From an uncultured Clostridia bacterium (GTDB taxonomy: Bacteria; Bacillota; Clostridia; Saccharofermentanales; DTU023): a stretch of 64,000 nucleotides of DNA. The stretch spans positions 38,890-102,889 of the forward strand of contig CAMJYM010000002.1 in the NCBI GenBank assembly GCA_946220865.1. Reading direction: 5' to 3'. Of the stretch, positions 34,216-43,601 are shown one piece after another (position 1 is the stretch's first letter; each line of letters starts with the position of its first letter). The notes under the pieces were generated by a model, which ran no database searches, was not told the origin of the DNA, and worked only from the letters and a program-made list of their open reading frames with translations. The position numbers were made by a program, and so were the translations under genes.

Positions 34216-37212
34216 ATGGTCAGAGAGAAAAAAGGGCAGGAACAAACGGGGCAGGAACATGCTGAGCTTCAACGCGCTTCCCGAAACCTTTATGGTTTTG
34301 AGCTGGAAGCCGAAGAGAGCATAGAGGAATGGCAGTCCGAGGCCCGAATCTACCGTCATAAAAGCACAGGAGCCAAACTGCTTCAGCTCGCGTGCCATGA
34401 TAAAAATAAAGTTTTCGGAGTACTCTTTAACACACAGGCCAATAATGACAGCGGGGTCGCCCATATCATTGAACACTCGGTTTTTAATGGCTCCGAAAAC
34501 TACCCTCTCCGCGAGCCTTTCGCCGTGCTCGAAAAAAATTCGCTCAACAGTTTCATGAATGCGATGACCTTTGCCGATCGCACGTTCTATCCTGTCGCTT
34601 CCTATCACGAAAAGGATTTCCTCACCTGCGTTGAGGTTTATCTGGATGCGGTCTTTCACCCGCTTTGCCTCAAAAATGAGGCCATCTTTCGACAGGAAGG
34701 TCTCCGTCTGGAAGTGAATGACGACGGCGAGCCCCAATTTAACGGCGTCGTTTACAATGAAATGAAAGGCGTCCTCAGCGATCCAGCAGTTCTGCTCTGG
34801 CGCGAGAGTTCCAAACTCCTTTATGACAACAACTATCGCTGGAATTCGGGAGGGGATCCGAAGGCCATTCGAGAACTCTCTTACGAGGACTTCAAAGCCT
34901 TTTACCACAAATTCTATGATCCGGGCAACGCCTGTTTTCTGGTGTATGGCGACATTGATTTAAAGAAAGTTGCCGAGCGCATTGATAAGAGCCTCCAAAG
35001 CAATAAAAAAAGCTTGCCCCTTCCTCCTGTCCCTCCAGTCCCCCTGGCAAGCCCGCTGCACTCCCCTCTCAGGGGCTCTGTCCCGGCCAGTTCAAGTGAC
35101 GGAAAATCCATGACCCTTTTACAATTTGTGGGAACTCATGAACCTGATCTTGACGATGAAGACAGTCTGGAAGTCGCAAGTCTCGCCCTTTTTTCCCTGG
35201 AATCTTCGCCCCTGCGCAGGGCCTTGATCGAAAGCGGTTTTTGTGAGGATGTTTCAGAGGGACCCTCTCAAAGTCAACGCGACCTGGCCAGCACCGTTTT
35301 GCTCTCCGGGACCCGCGAAAGCAATCCTGAAAAGGTCTCAAAAGTCTTTTTTAAGGCGCTGGCTGACTTCCTGAAAGAATCTCCGGAAAAACGCCGCGAA
35401 CTCTTTCTTGCCGCCTACAGTCTTCTCAGTTTTCAGTTGCGCGAAGCCGACAGCGGGTCCCTGCCTCGAGGGCTGCTGCTCTCACTTTCGCCCATGCTCG
35501 CCTGGCCAGATGGAGTTTCTCCTTTTGCGCACCTCCACTATGAAGAGCGTCTGCAAAGGCTCAAAGCGAAGATTGAAAGCGGCAAAATGGAGGCGTGGAT
35601 TTCCGAGTTCTTTTTGAATAATCCCTTTCATGCAGTGGTCACCCAGATTCCCGTGGATCCTGAAAGCTTTGCTGCGGCCGCTGCACAGGAAGAAAAGGCC
35701 GCAGCAGCAGCCCGTTGGGAAGAGCTGAGGAAGAGCGGACAAGAGCGTGAAATAAAAGCCAATCGGGCCATGAAAACCTGGCAGGAGAGTGAGGACAAGC
35801 CTGAAATTCTGGCCCGTATCCCCCTGCTGCAGCTGTCAGATTTAGCCCGTGAAAACGCTTTTCGCGAAGCTTCTGCAGAAAAAATTCTGTACCCGGGAGA
35901 TCCGGACCACAACAGTTTCCAACTGCTGCACTACAATATTTTTACCTCCGGCATCCTCTACCTCAATTTTTCCTTCCCCCTGGAGAATCTCAGCCCTCAG
36001 GACCTCTTCCATCTTGGCATTCTTAAAGAAGTCCTGGGACGTGTAGATACACGCTCTCACAGCTATGCTGAACTCACCAATCAGCTCTTCCTGAAAAGCG
36101 GCGGCCTCAGTTGTGGCCTTGATTTTTATCCGACAGCTTCCTTTCTCAGTTTTTCTCTTAAAGTTCTGCCGGAAAATCTGGAAGCAGCTTTAAATCTTCT
36201 TGAAGAGATCCTTCTCTTCTCCAGACTGGATAGTCGGGAACGCATCGCTCAGATTCTTCAAAAAGAGCTGCTTGACCGCAGGCTTGACCTCATTTCCTGC
36301 GGCCACAGTGCCGCCATGCAAGTCGTAGCCTCCCACTACGACCCGCTTGTGCTCGCCGATTCACAGAGTGACGGCTTCAGCTTTTATGAAAATCTGCGCC
36401 AATATTTGCAGAACGCCGATCAGAAAAAACAGCTTCCGGATTTCAGCGAAGCTTTGCAGGAGCTGCTGGATCGTGTGCTCTGTAAATATCGCGTGCACGT
36501 CGATTTCATCGGTGAAGAAAAAGCCAAGCCGGCGCTTATCACCGCCCTGCAAAACATGTTGTCCCGTTTCCCGCTCGCCGCAGCCAATCATCCAAATGAA
36601 GAAGCGCCCTCTGCGAAGCGCAGCTCGGACGGTAATCCCGCCTACATTATCCCCGGTCACGTCCAATATGCTGCTCTGGGCGGTCGCTTTGATTCGCAGT
36701 CTTCAGAGGAAGCTTTCGATGGCTGCTGGCACCTTGTACGCAATCTTCTGCAGAAAGATTATCTCTGGACGCGCCTGCGAGTGGAAGGCGGCGCTTACGG
36801 CGGGGGTTGTCAGATCTCCCGCAGAGGCGGACTGCTTTTTTACAGTTACCGGGACCCGCACTGCCGGGAAAGCCTGGAGACTTTCAGAAAGGCCGCTGAA
36901 TGGCTATGCCATATTCATCTTTCCAGCGAAGAACTGCGCGGTCTTATCATCGGGACCATTGCCGATTTTGATCGTCCCTGTTCCCCTGCTCTTGAGGGAA
37001 ATCTGGCCATCGCCCGGCATTATAAAGGGCTCAGCCTGGCACAGCTGCAGCGCGAACGCGAAGCTGTTCTCAGCTGTAATTTGCAGAAAATTCGCAGCAA
37101 AGCAGAAATCCTGGACAAAGTCCTTCAGCAGAATCACTTCGCCGTTTTCGGCAGCGAAAAAGTGATCAAAGAAAATGCCGAACTCTTTTCTGAGGTCAAA
37201 AACCTCTTCTGA
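34216..37212 (+). CDS. M16C (PreP-like) insulinase-family zinc peptidase
   Basis: Inverted zinc motif HIIEH (HxxEH) near the N-terminus. About 1000 aa, typical for M16C. I chose the start MVREKK at 34216. Confidence 0.87.
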   Translation: MVREKKGQEQTGQEHAELQRASRNLYGFELEAEESIEEWQSEARIYRHKSTGAKLLQLACHDKNKVFGVLFNTQANNDSGVAHIIEHSVFNGSENYPLREPFAVLEKNSLNSFMNAMTFADRTFYPVASYHEKDFLTCVEVYLDAVFHPLCLKNEAIFRQEGLRLEVNDDGEPQFNGVVYNEMKGVLSDPAVLLWRESSKLLYDNNYRWNSGGDPKAIRELSYEDFKAFYHKFYDPGNACFLVYGDIDLKKVAERIDKSLQSNKKSLPLPPVPPVPLASPLHSPLRGSVPASSSDGKSMTLLQFVGTHEPDLDDEDSLEVASLALFSLESSPLRRALIESGFCEDVSEGPSQSQRDLASTVLLSGTRESNPEKVSKVFFKALADFLKESPEKRRELFLAAYSLLSFQLREADSGSLPRGLLLSLSPMLAWPDGVSPFAHLHYEERLQRLKAKIESGKMEAWISEFFLNNPFHAVVTQIPVDPESFAAAAAQEEKAAAAARWEELRKSGQEREIKANRAMKTWQESEDKPEILARIPLLQLSDLARENAFREASAEKILYPGDPDHNSFQLLHYNIFTSGILYLNFSFPLENLSPQDLFHLGILKEVLGRVDTRSHSYAELTNQLFLKSGGLSCGLDFYPTASFLSFSLKVLPENLEAALNLLEEILLFSRLDSRERIAQILQKELLDRRLDLISCGHSAAMQVVASHYDPLVLADSQSDGFSFYENLRQYLQNADQKKQLPDFSEALQELLDRVLCKYRVHVDFIGEEKAKPALITALQNMLSRFPLAAANHPNEEAPSAKRSSDGNPAYIIPGHVQYAALGGRFDSQSSEEAFDGCWHLVRNLLQKDYLWTRLRVEGGAYGGGCQISRRGGLLFYSYRDPHCRESLETFRKAAEWLCHIHLSSEELRGLIIGTIADFDRPCSPALEGNLAIARHYKGLSLAQLQREREAVLSCNLQKIRSKAEILDKVLQQNHFAVFGSEKVIKENAELFSEVKNLF

Positions 37213-37237
37213 TTCAGCTGGTATCTTCGAAAAACGC

Positions 37238-37702
37238 TTAGCTGATTTTGCCAGTCCTGGAAGGCCTGGCCGCATTCATCCACTCTTCGTGATCACGGTC
37301 AGAGGCCAATTCAGCCAGACTGATCGAGGAGAACAGCTTTTCTATTTTTTCCTGTACCCCCTGATAAAAGCGGCGCACGGGACAGTGATCTGCAGCACAG
37401 CGGCTGCAGTACGCGTCTTTCTCCAGACAACGGCTAATATAGCTGCTCTGTTCCATCACCCGAATGACATCAAAAAGGGTCATGGTTTCAGCCGGTCGAG
37501 CAAGACGGTAACCCCCGTTCACTCCTGGTTTAACAACGATTAGGCCGGCTTCGGAAAGTTTATTGCCGATTTTATACAAAAAGCTCCGCGGGACAACCAA
37601 TTGCTCAGCGAGTTCGCTTGAGGTAATGAGATTCTCTCCCTCCCTCATACTGAGGTACAGCATAATCCGAACGGCATAATCTGTGGTGATATTGAGTTGC
37701 AT
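37238..37702 (-). CDS. Rrf2-family transcriptional regulator (Cys-containing, possibly Fe-S)
   Basis: MQLNITTDYAVRIMLYL...SSELAEQLVVPRSFLYKIGNKLSEAGLI (wHTH), followed by a Cys cluster CLEKDAYCSRCAADHC. Confidence 0.88.
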   Translation of the reverse strand: MQLNITTDYAVRIMLYLSMREGENLITSSELAEQLVVPRSFLYKIGNKLSEAGLIVVKPGVNGGYRLARPAETMTLFDVIRVMEQSSYISRCLEKDAYCSRCAADHCPVRRFYQGVQEKIEKLFSSISLAELASDRDHEEWMNAARPSRTGKIS

Positions 37703-37816
37703 GCTGAAACCTTTCCTGAAAGGTCTTCATTCACAAAGACATTTTCGACCATTTTAAGGCTAAGCAGGCGGGACTGCAAATCGAGACATGAAAGCGCTCT
37801 AAATGTCTAAAACTCC

Positions 37817-37852
37817 TAATGAAATTTATTATGAAACTTGTTATGAAACTTC
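37817..37852. repeat. three tandem 12-mers (TAATGAAATTTA / TTATGAAACTTG / TTATGAAACTTC)
   Basis: They are read directly in the spacer between the divergent Rrf2 gene and the thioredoxin-fold gene. Confidence 0.7.
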
Positions 37853-38102
37853 GCTTTATGTCGTCATGGAAATGTTCGTGGAAAAATGATCGATTTTACA
37901 GCAGGAGCCAGCCCATAGGCAAAGACGCCGTCTTCGCTTATAATTGAGAATAATAAAATATAGATTTCTTATGCAGCCGTTCGCTTTGCCACGTAAACTG
38001 CGCCGTTTGAGCCGTTACGTGCAGATGTGTATGAGCTGCAAAGCAACAGAAACCCAACCAGAATTTAAAGGTGAAGCTGCCGCTTCCGAATTGGAGGAAA
38101 AA

Positions 38103-39344
38103 ATGAAGATGATTTCCCTGAAAAGCGCTTTTTGCTTAGTTTTGAGCTTTGTGCTCAGCTGCAGTCTGCTCCTGAGCGCAAAAACTCTTGTCGTTTCAGC
38201 CGAAGCGAATGAAAGCCAAAGCAAAGAAGCTGGCGAAACCTCCTCAAGTGAAAAAAAAGGAGAAAAAGACGTGAGTGAAAAAACAGATCCCCGCACCCTG
38301 AGTGCAGAAGAACGCGAAAAAGGCGTTCTCTGTGTCTGGCCTCTCGGTCTGAAGTATGAGCTCCCCGAGATTCTCAAGGACGAACACGTCAAAGTTCGCA
38401 CAGACGGAATTCATGCCGATGAAGAGGATCGCCTCTACACCAGCCGGGGCTTCTACTTCCGTCCCCAGGCAACCCTTGATCTCGCCAAAGACATTCGTTT
38501 TGAGTACGATGTCACGGAGAATCGTGAGAACTACCAAAAACGCATGGACAAAGAAGTCCTGCCGTTCGATCTTCCCCTGTTCAAGGTGGTGAACCTGCGC
38601 AGCGACAAACTGCCCGAAAGTGAAGAAGAACGCGAAAAGCTCCTCCGCGAAGAACTGGAGAAGGCTTCTGATTTTGTGACGACTCCTGTCAAAGAGATCA
38701 AGAAACTTCTCGAAGAAGATGGCCTGAGCCAATATCTCCTGGTTTTTGCAGATCCTGAAACACCGCTGGCCACTCCGGAGGATGCCGAACTCTTTAAAAA
38801 AGTTCGTAAGGTCTGTGAAGAGCTGCTGAAAAACATGCAGAGCTTCCGTGCAGAGAAGAGTGAAGAAAGTTTCCCCAAGGTCAAAAAATGGACCTTTGAA
38901 GGCACAGACTACAATTTGAGCGATGAGCCGATCACCGATGCCATCCTCAAAAATGCCAAGCTGACCTATGTGGTCTACTGGACGACCTGGTGCCCCGATT
39001 GCCACAACGAGCTGAAATTCCTCGGAGAACAGCTGGATTTCCTCAAAGAGCATGATATTCAGCTGCTCGGCATCGTCAAAGACGTCAAGGCCGAAGAAAT
39101 TGACGAAGACGTGCTGGCTGAAGCGCATAAGGTCATTGACGAGCGCGGGCTGACTGACGCTATGCCCGTCATGCTGGACTCTGACGAGCTGGAAGATGGT
39201 CTCTTTATCCGCGCACTCAATATTCCTACGACCTTCTTTGTGGATGGTGAGGGCAAGATTTACCGCGCCTACGTTGAACCTGACACGTCCAAATGGCAGG
39301 ATGAGGCCCTCGCTATTCTCGCCGAGATGGACGCGAAGAAATAG
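38103..39344 (+). CDS. exported thioredoxin-fold (TlpA/redoxin-like) protein with a long N-terminal non-Trx region
   Basis: GGAGG lies 8 nt upstream of ATG 38103. Signal peptide MKMISLKSAFCLVLSFVLSCSLLLSA. The C-terminal domain carries YVVYWTTWCPDCHNE (CxxC). Confidence 0.82.
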   Translation: MKMISLKSAFCLVLSFVLSCSLLLSAKTLVVSAEANESQSKEAGETSSSEKKGEKDVSEKTDPRTLSAEEREKGVLCVWPLGLKYELPEILKDEHVKVRTDGIHADEEDRLYTSRGFYFRPQATLDLAKDIRFEYDVTENRENYQKRMDKEVLPFDLPLFKVVNLRSDKLPESEEEREKLLREELEKASDFVTTPVKEIKKLLEEDGLSQYLLVFADPETPLATPEDAELFKKVRKVCEELLKNMQSFRAEKSEESFPKVKKWTFEGTDYNLSDEPITDAILKNAKLTYVVYWTTWCPDCHNELKFLGEQLDFLKEHDIQLLGIVKDVKAEEIDEDVLAEAHKVIDERGLTDAMPVMLDSDELEDGLFIRALNIPTTFFVDGEGKIYRAYVEPDTSKWQDEALAILAEMDAKK

Positions 39345-39431
39345 CGTTCTGCTGCCGCAAGATGTTCCGGAACCCACCCCCAGAGTTTTCACAGCGGGGT
39401 GAAGCCGAGGATTTTTCACCGTGTATTCTCT

Positions 39432-39472
39432 GGGCCAGGGCTTGTCAATCGACAAACCCCGGCCCTTTTCTC
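39432..39472 (+). terminator. Rho-independent terminator
   Basis: GGGCCAGGGCTTGTC/GACAAACCCCGGCCC (13 of 15 pairs) with a 4-nt loop, then TTTTCTC. Confidence 0.6.
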
Positions 39473-39541
39473 GAAGCCCGGCAGCTACCCTGTGCTTCTC
39501 AGGCACAGACTGCTAAAGCACAAAAATCAGGAAGGGGATTT

Positions 39542-40441
39542 ATGGAAAAGCAGGATAAACACAATCTATGGATTGGCGTGCTCTTTCTCACGGCAGCCAT
39601 ATGGGGAACCGGTTTTATTGCCACCAAGATGGCCGTCGATGTTGGCTACAGCTCCTCCTTTATGATGCTGACACGCTTTCTGATCTCCGCACTCGTCCTC
39701 ATTCCCTTCCTTCGTAAAGAATTTCGGGAACTGAACAAAATAAACTGGGGCGGAGGCTTTCTGGTCGGCCTGGTCCTCTTTTTGGGCTATGCTTTTCAGA
39801 CTGAGGGCATCCGCAGCTGCACGCCTTCCATGAATGCCTTACTCACGGCCACCAGCATTCTCTTTCTTCCCTTTGCGGTGTGGCTGCTCTTTAAACAGCG
39901 TCCGGCCAGGTTTGTGTTTATCTGCTGCGCAATTGCCTTCATCGGCATTCTGCTGCTGACCCTGGATTTGCACACCATGCAGTTCCATTTTGGAATTGGG
40001 GAAATTCTGACCCTGCTCGGGGCTTTTCTCTTCGCCTGGCACTCAGCTCTCATCGCCTGGTTTGCCCAGCGCGGCAGCCCGACCATGATTCATTTCATGC
40101 AAATGCTCTTTGCCTGCCTTTTATCCGCCATCTGGTTTATCTTCGCCGATGGTCGTCTCGAGCTCTTCCGCCCCAACAAAGGGATGCTGCTCATTCTCTG
40201 GCTGGCTCTGCCCTGCACGCTCCTGGCCTTCTGGCTGCAGAGCCTGGCGCAACGCTATGTCCACCCCTCTCAGTCCGCGATGATTCTCTCGACCGAAAGT
40301 CTTTTTGCGTCATTGTTCTCTGTGCTTTTCGGTTTCGATGCGCTGCGTCTGAACCTCCTGCTCGGCGGCGGCATACTGCTCAGCGCCATCTTCAGCCTGG
40401 AGCTCAGGGAACGCCGCGCGGCGAAGGAAAAGAAAACTTAA
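39542..40441 (+). CDS. EamA/DMT-family transporter
   Basis: About 300 aa with 10 hydrophobic segments. It starts MEKQDKHNLWIGVLFLTAAIWGTGFIATK, and its two-halves organisation is typical of EamA proteins. Confidence 0.83.
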   Translation: MEKQDKHNLWIGVLFLTAAIWGTGFIATKMAVDVGYSSSFMMLTRFLISALVLIPFLRKEFRELNKINWGGGFLVGLVLFLGYAFQTEGIRSCTPSMNALLTATSILFLPFAVWLLFKQRPARFVFICCAIAFIGILLLTLDLHTMQFHFGIGEILTLLGAFLFAWHSALIAWFAQRGSPTMIHFMQMLFACLLSAIWFIFADGRLELFRPNKGMLLILWLALPCTLLAFWLQSLAQRYVHPSQSAMILSTESLFASLFSVLFGFDALRLNLLLGGGILLSAIFSLELRERRAAKEKKT

Positions 40442-40452
40442 AGGGGCGTCCT

Positions 40453-41583
40453 TTATGCGCGTGGCAAACTGAGGAGCATGCAAGTTCCCTCTGCGGAGCT
40501 GGTCTCCACCTGCACGGAGCCGCCATGCAGTCTTGCAATCTCCCAGACGAGGGAGAGGCCGAGACCCACACCGCCATAGTCCCGGCTGCGGGATTGATCC
40601 ACTCTGAAAAAAGGCTGAAAAACGCTCTGCTGAAGCTCCGACGGTATGCCTTTGCCGCTGTCTCTCACGCGAATGTCGACTTCTTTTTCCATCGGGACAA
40701 TGGAGACAAGAACGCTCCCATTGGGGCGGTTGTATTTGATGGCATTTTCGCAGAGATTGAAGAGCAGCCGGTAGATCAGGGGATCACTGCCGCTGACGCA
40801 GGCGTCGCCCTCTCTTTCAAGGCTGATTTTATTTTTTTCCGCCAGCGGAGTAAGGTCCGTAAAAATTTCCTCAATCATGGGCAGGAGCTGGATCGTATCT
40901 TTACGCTCAACATTCTGAAAATGGCTCATTTCCAGCAGGATACCCGTCATCTGGCTCATCCGTTCGGTCTGCTCCCGCATCAAGCGGAGGAAGTCCCTGC
41001 TCTCTTCCGAAAGATCGGGGTGTTCCGCCGAAAAAAGCTCGATCTGAGCCTGCAACAGGGCCAGCGGGGTACGCAGCTCGTGAGCGGCATTGCCCGTAAA
41101 CTGGCGTTGCGCAGCAAAAGCGCGATTCAGGCGCTCCAGCATCTGGTTGAAAGAGCGGCTGAGCTGGCGAAATTCGGGCAGGAGATCTTCGTTAATCTTC
41201 ATATCACCCAGATTATTCAGCTGAACTTTCTCCACCTGAGCGACAAAACTGTGCAAGGGCTTCAAAGCATGCCCGCTGACAAACCAGGCTAATATCCCGC
41301 TCAGAACTGTCACGACAGCCGTGATGAGCCAAGAGTTCATAAAGAACGAGGTCTGAGCTCCCTGGATAATAATGGTCAGCCCTTCTTCCGTTCCTGTGGC
41401 CTCCGGGTCAAAAAAGGCTGTCTCCCCTTCGTTGGTGTCACTGTAACCTTGAATGGATTTACCAATTCTATCCATGGTGCGAATGCCGGAGAAGCCTAAG
41501 AGCAACTGCATAGCCACGCAAGTCAGGCAAATCAGCAAGGCGGTCATCAGGGTCATCCGCCACTGCAAAGAAAGTCGCTTCAT
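40453..41583 (-). CDS. sensor histidine kinase (two TM helices, HAMP, HisKA, HATPase)
   Basis: H-box AHELRTPLALL, N box LCENAIKYN, G boxes RDSGKGIP and GGVGLGLSLV. Confidence 0.9.
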   Translation of the reverse strand: MKRLSLQWRMTLMTALLICLTCVAMQLLLGFSGIRTMDRIGKSIQGYSDTNEGETAFFDPEATGTEEGLTIIIQGAQTSFFMNSWLITAVVTVLSGILAWFVSGHALKPLHSFVAQVEKVQLNNLGDMKINEDLLPEFRQLSRSFNQMLERLNRAFAAQRQFTGNAAHELRTPLALLQAQIELFSAEHPDLSEESRDFLRLMREQTERMSQMTGILLEMSHFQNVERKDTIQLLPMIEEIFTDLTPLAEKNKISLEREGDACVSGSDPLIYRLLFNLCENAIKYNRPNGSVLVSIVPMEKEVDIRVRDSGKGIPSELQQSVFQPFFRVDQSRSRDYGGVGLGLSLVWEIARLHGGSVQVETSSAEGTCMLLSLPRA

Positions 41584-42257
41584 GACTCTTCCCCTCCCAT
41601 GAGATAACCCTCGCCAATACGATTATGAATCGGATCGTAGCCCAGCGCCGCGCGCAGCTTCTTTCGCAAAGAGGAAATATGCACCCGAATGGAGTTACTG
41701 AAATTATCCACGCTGTTATCCCAGACATGCTCGATCAGCTCTTCCTGGCTGACAGGACGCCCCTGATGCACCAGCAGGTATTCCAGAATACCTGTTTCCT
41801 TGCGGGTGAGCGAGAGGAGCTTTCCACGTACTGAAGCCGACCTGGCCCGGGTATCAAAGCAAAGCTCTCCGCAGCTCAGCTGCACGCTTTGCTGGGCAAA
41901 ACGCCGCAGAGTCAGACTGCGGATACGGGCCTCCAGCTCGGCCAGATGAAAGGGTTTGGCCAGGTAGTCATTGGCACCGGCATCCAACCCTGCCACCTTA
42001 TCTTCCACCTCACTACGGGCAGATAGAATCAGCACCCGCGTCTCCTGGTCGGTCTCCCGCAGAGTCCGCAGGACCGTCATCCCATCCTTCAGCGGCAGGT
42101 TGAGATCCAGCACAACCAGATCATAGTGTTCGACGTCCAGCAGCTCCAGGGCCGCCTCCCCGTCATAGCAATAATCCACACTATAGGCAAGACGCCGCAG
42201 GCTGCGAACAATGGTCTCACAAAGTTCGCGTTCATCTTCAACGACTAAGAGATGCAT
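41580..42257 (-). CDS. OmpR-family response regulator
   Basis: MHLLVVEDE...DLVVLDLNLPLKDG...LSAR, plus the winged helix ...IRVHISSLRKKL. It overlaps the kinase gene by 4 nt. Confidence 0.92.
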   Translation of the reverse strand: MHLLVVEDERELCETIVRSLRRLAYSVDYCYDGEAALELLDVEHYDLVVLDLNLPLKDGMTVLRTLRETDQETRVLILSARSEVEDKVAGLDAGANDYLAKPFHLAELEARIRSLTLRRFAQQSVQLSCGELCFDTRARSASVRGKLLSLTRKETGILEYLLVHQGRPVSQEELIEHVWDNSVDNFSNSIRVHISSLRKKLRAALGYDPIHNRIGEGYLMGGEES

Positions 42258-42495
42258 GAAAAACCTCGCTCATCGACTTTCGCTCAGGGGCCTGAAAAAT
42301 CCATAGATTTAGAACCACGCCGATAAAAACCTGAGCCTTCAAGCTGATCTCTCATCTAAATTTATAAGAGGGTTCTGCTTGTGATTATAACAAAGCTGTC
42401 GACGCTCAAGTAAAAGCTCCATTTTCTTAACAGAAACTTTATGCCCGTTGCGTTAGGATAGGCACAGAAACTGAAAAACAGAAAGGATCACGTAG

Positions 42496-42642
42496 ATGAA
42501 GCACGGAAAAAAAGTAGCGCTGCAGGCGCTACTCCTGGCCATTGGAGTCACCTTCTTATGTCTTGGCGCCCTGCGTGGCGAGACGGCAACGGTTTTAAGC
42601 AAAGCCATCAAATTATGTTTGGAGTGTGTGGGCATTGGCTAA
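42496..42642 (+). CDS. 48-aa membrane micro-protein with C-terminal CXXC (not in the supplied ORF track)
   Basis: ATG 42496 is preceded by GAAAGGA. It translates to MKHGKKVALQALLLAIGVTFLCLGALRGETATVLSKAIKLCLECVGIG*. Its stop lies 17 nt inside the next ORF. Confidence 0.6.
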   Translation: MKHGKKVALQALLLAIGVTFLCLGALRGETATVLSKAIKLCLECVGIG

Positions 42643-43564
42643 AAAATTTTCAGGCCTTTCACAGGCGATATCTCGTTCTCGAACCTGGATCCAGGCAGGA
42701 GCAACGTTTCTGACAAATATGCATCTGCCCAATTTTCTCAAAGGGCAACTTTATCAGGGACCAGGCAAAAAACTCTGCGTCCCCGGGCTCAACTGCTATT
42801 CCTGCCCTGCAGCCTCAGGAGCCTGTCCCATCGGAGCCTTTCAGGCGGTGGTCGGATCGTCGAAGTTCAGTTTTTCCTACTATGTCACAGGCTTTCTCAT
42901 CCTGCTGGGCGTCTTGCTGGGCCGCTTCATCTGCGGCTTCCTCTGCCCATTCGGCTGGTTTCAGGAGCTGCTGCACAAAATTCCCAGCAAAAAGTTTTCG
43001 ACCAAAAAGCTCAAAGCTCTGACCTGGCTAAAATATGCCATTTTACTGCTGATGGTCGTGCTCCTGCCCATGCTTCTGGTGAACGACGTTGGTATGGGCG
43101 ACCCCTACTTCTGCAAATACCTCTGCCCCCAAGGCGTGCTGGAGGGAGCCATCCCGCTCTCTTTAGCCAATACAGGCATTCGCTCGGCCCTCGGCTCACT
43201 CTTTGCCTGGAAATTCACCATTCTGCTGACTGTGATTGTCCTGAGCATTCTCTTTTACCGCCCCTTCTGCAAATGGCTTTGCCCGCTGGGCGCCTTTTAT
43301 GCCCTGCTGAACAAAGCCTCACTCTTTCAGATGAAGGTCGACAAAGACCGCTGCATTTCCTGTGGCAAATGCGCCAGGGTCTGCAAGATGGATGTCGACG
43401 TGACCAAAACGCCCAATCACAGCGAGTGCATTCGCTGCGGCATGTGTATCAACGCCTGTCCCACCAACGCCGTTAGTTTTCGCTGTTGTTTTGGTCAGGC
43501 TGAAGATAAGCCCTCGAAGATTAGCCCTCAAAGACAAGTGTCACAGGGACATGAATGTCTATAA
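42626..43564 (+). CDS. integral-membrane 4Fe-4S polyferredoxin (NapH/MauN/COG0348-like)
   Basis: NCYSCPAASGACP; three CxxxCPxG motifs (CGFLCPFG, CKYLCPQG, CKWLCPLG); two ferredoxin motifs CISCGKCARVC and CIRCGMCINACP; several TM segments. GTG start at 42626. Confidence 0.85.
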   Translation: MWALAKKFSGLSQAISRSRTWIQAGATFLTNMHLPNFLKGQLYQGPGKKLCVPGLNCYSCPAASGACPIGAFQAVVGSSKFSFSYYVTGFLILLGVLLGRFICGFLCPFGWFQELLHKIPSKKFSTKKLKALTWLKYAILLLMVVLLPMLLVNDVGMGDPYFCKYLCPQGVLEGAIPLSLANTGIRSALGSLFAWKFTILLTVIVLSILFYRPFCKWLCPLGAFYALLNKASLFQMKVDKDRCISCGKCARVCKMDVDVTKTPNHSECIRCGMCINACPTNAVSFRCCFGQAEDKPSKISPQRQVSQGHECL

Positions 43565-43601
43565 AGAAAAGTCATGTACAAAAGAAAAAGGAGTTCTCAA
43601 C

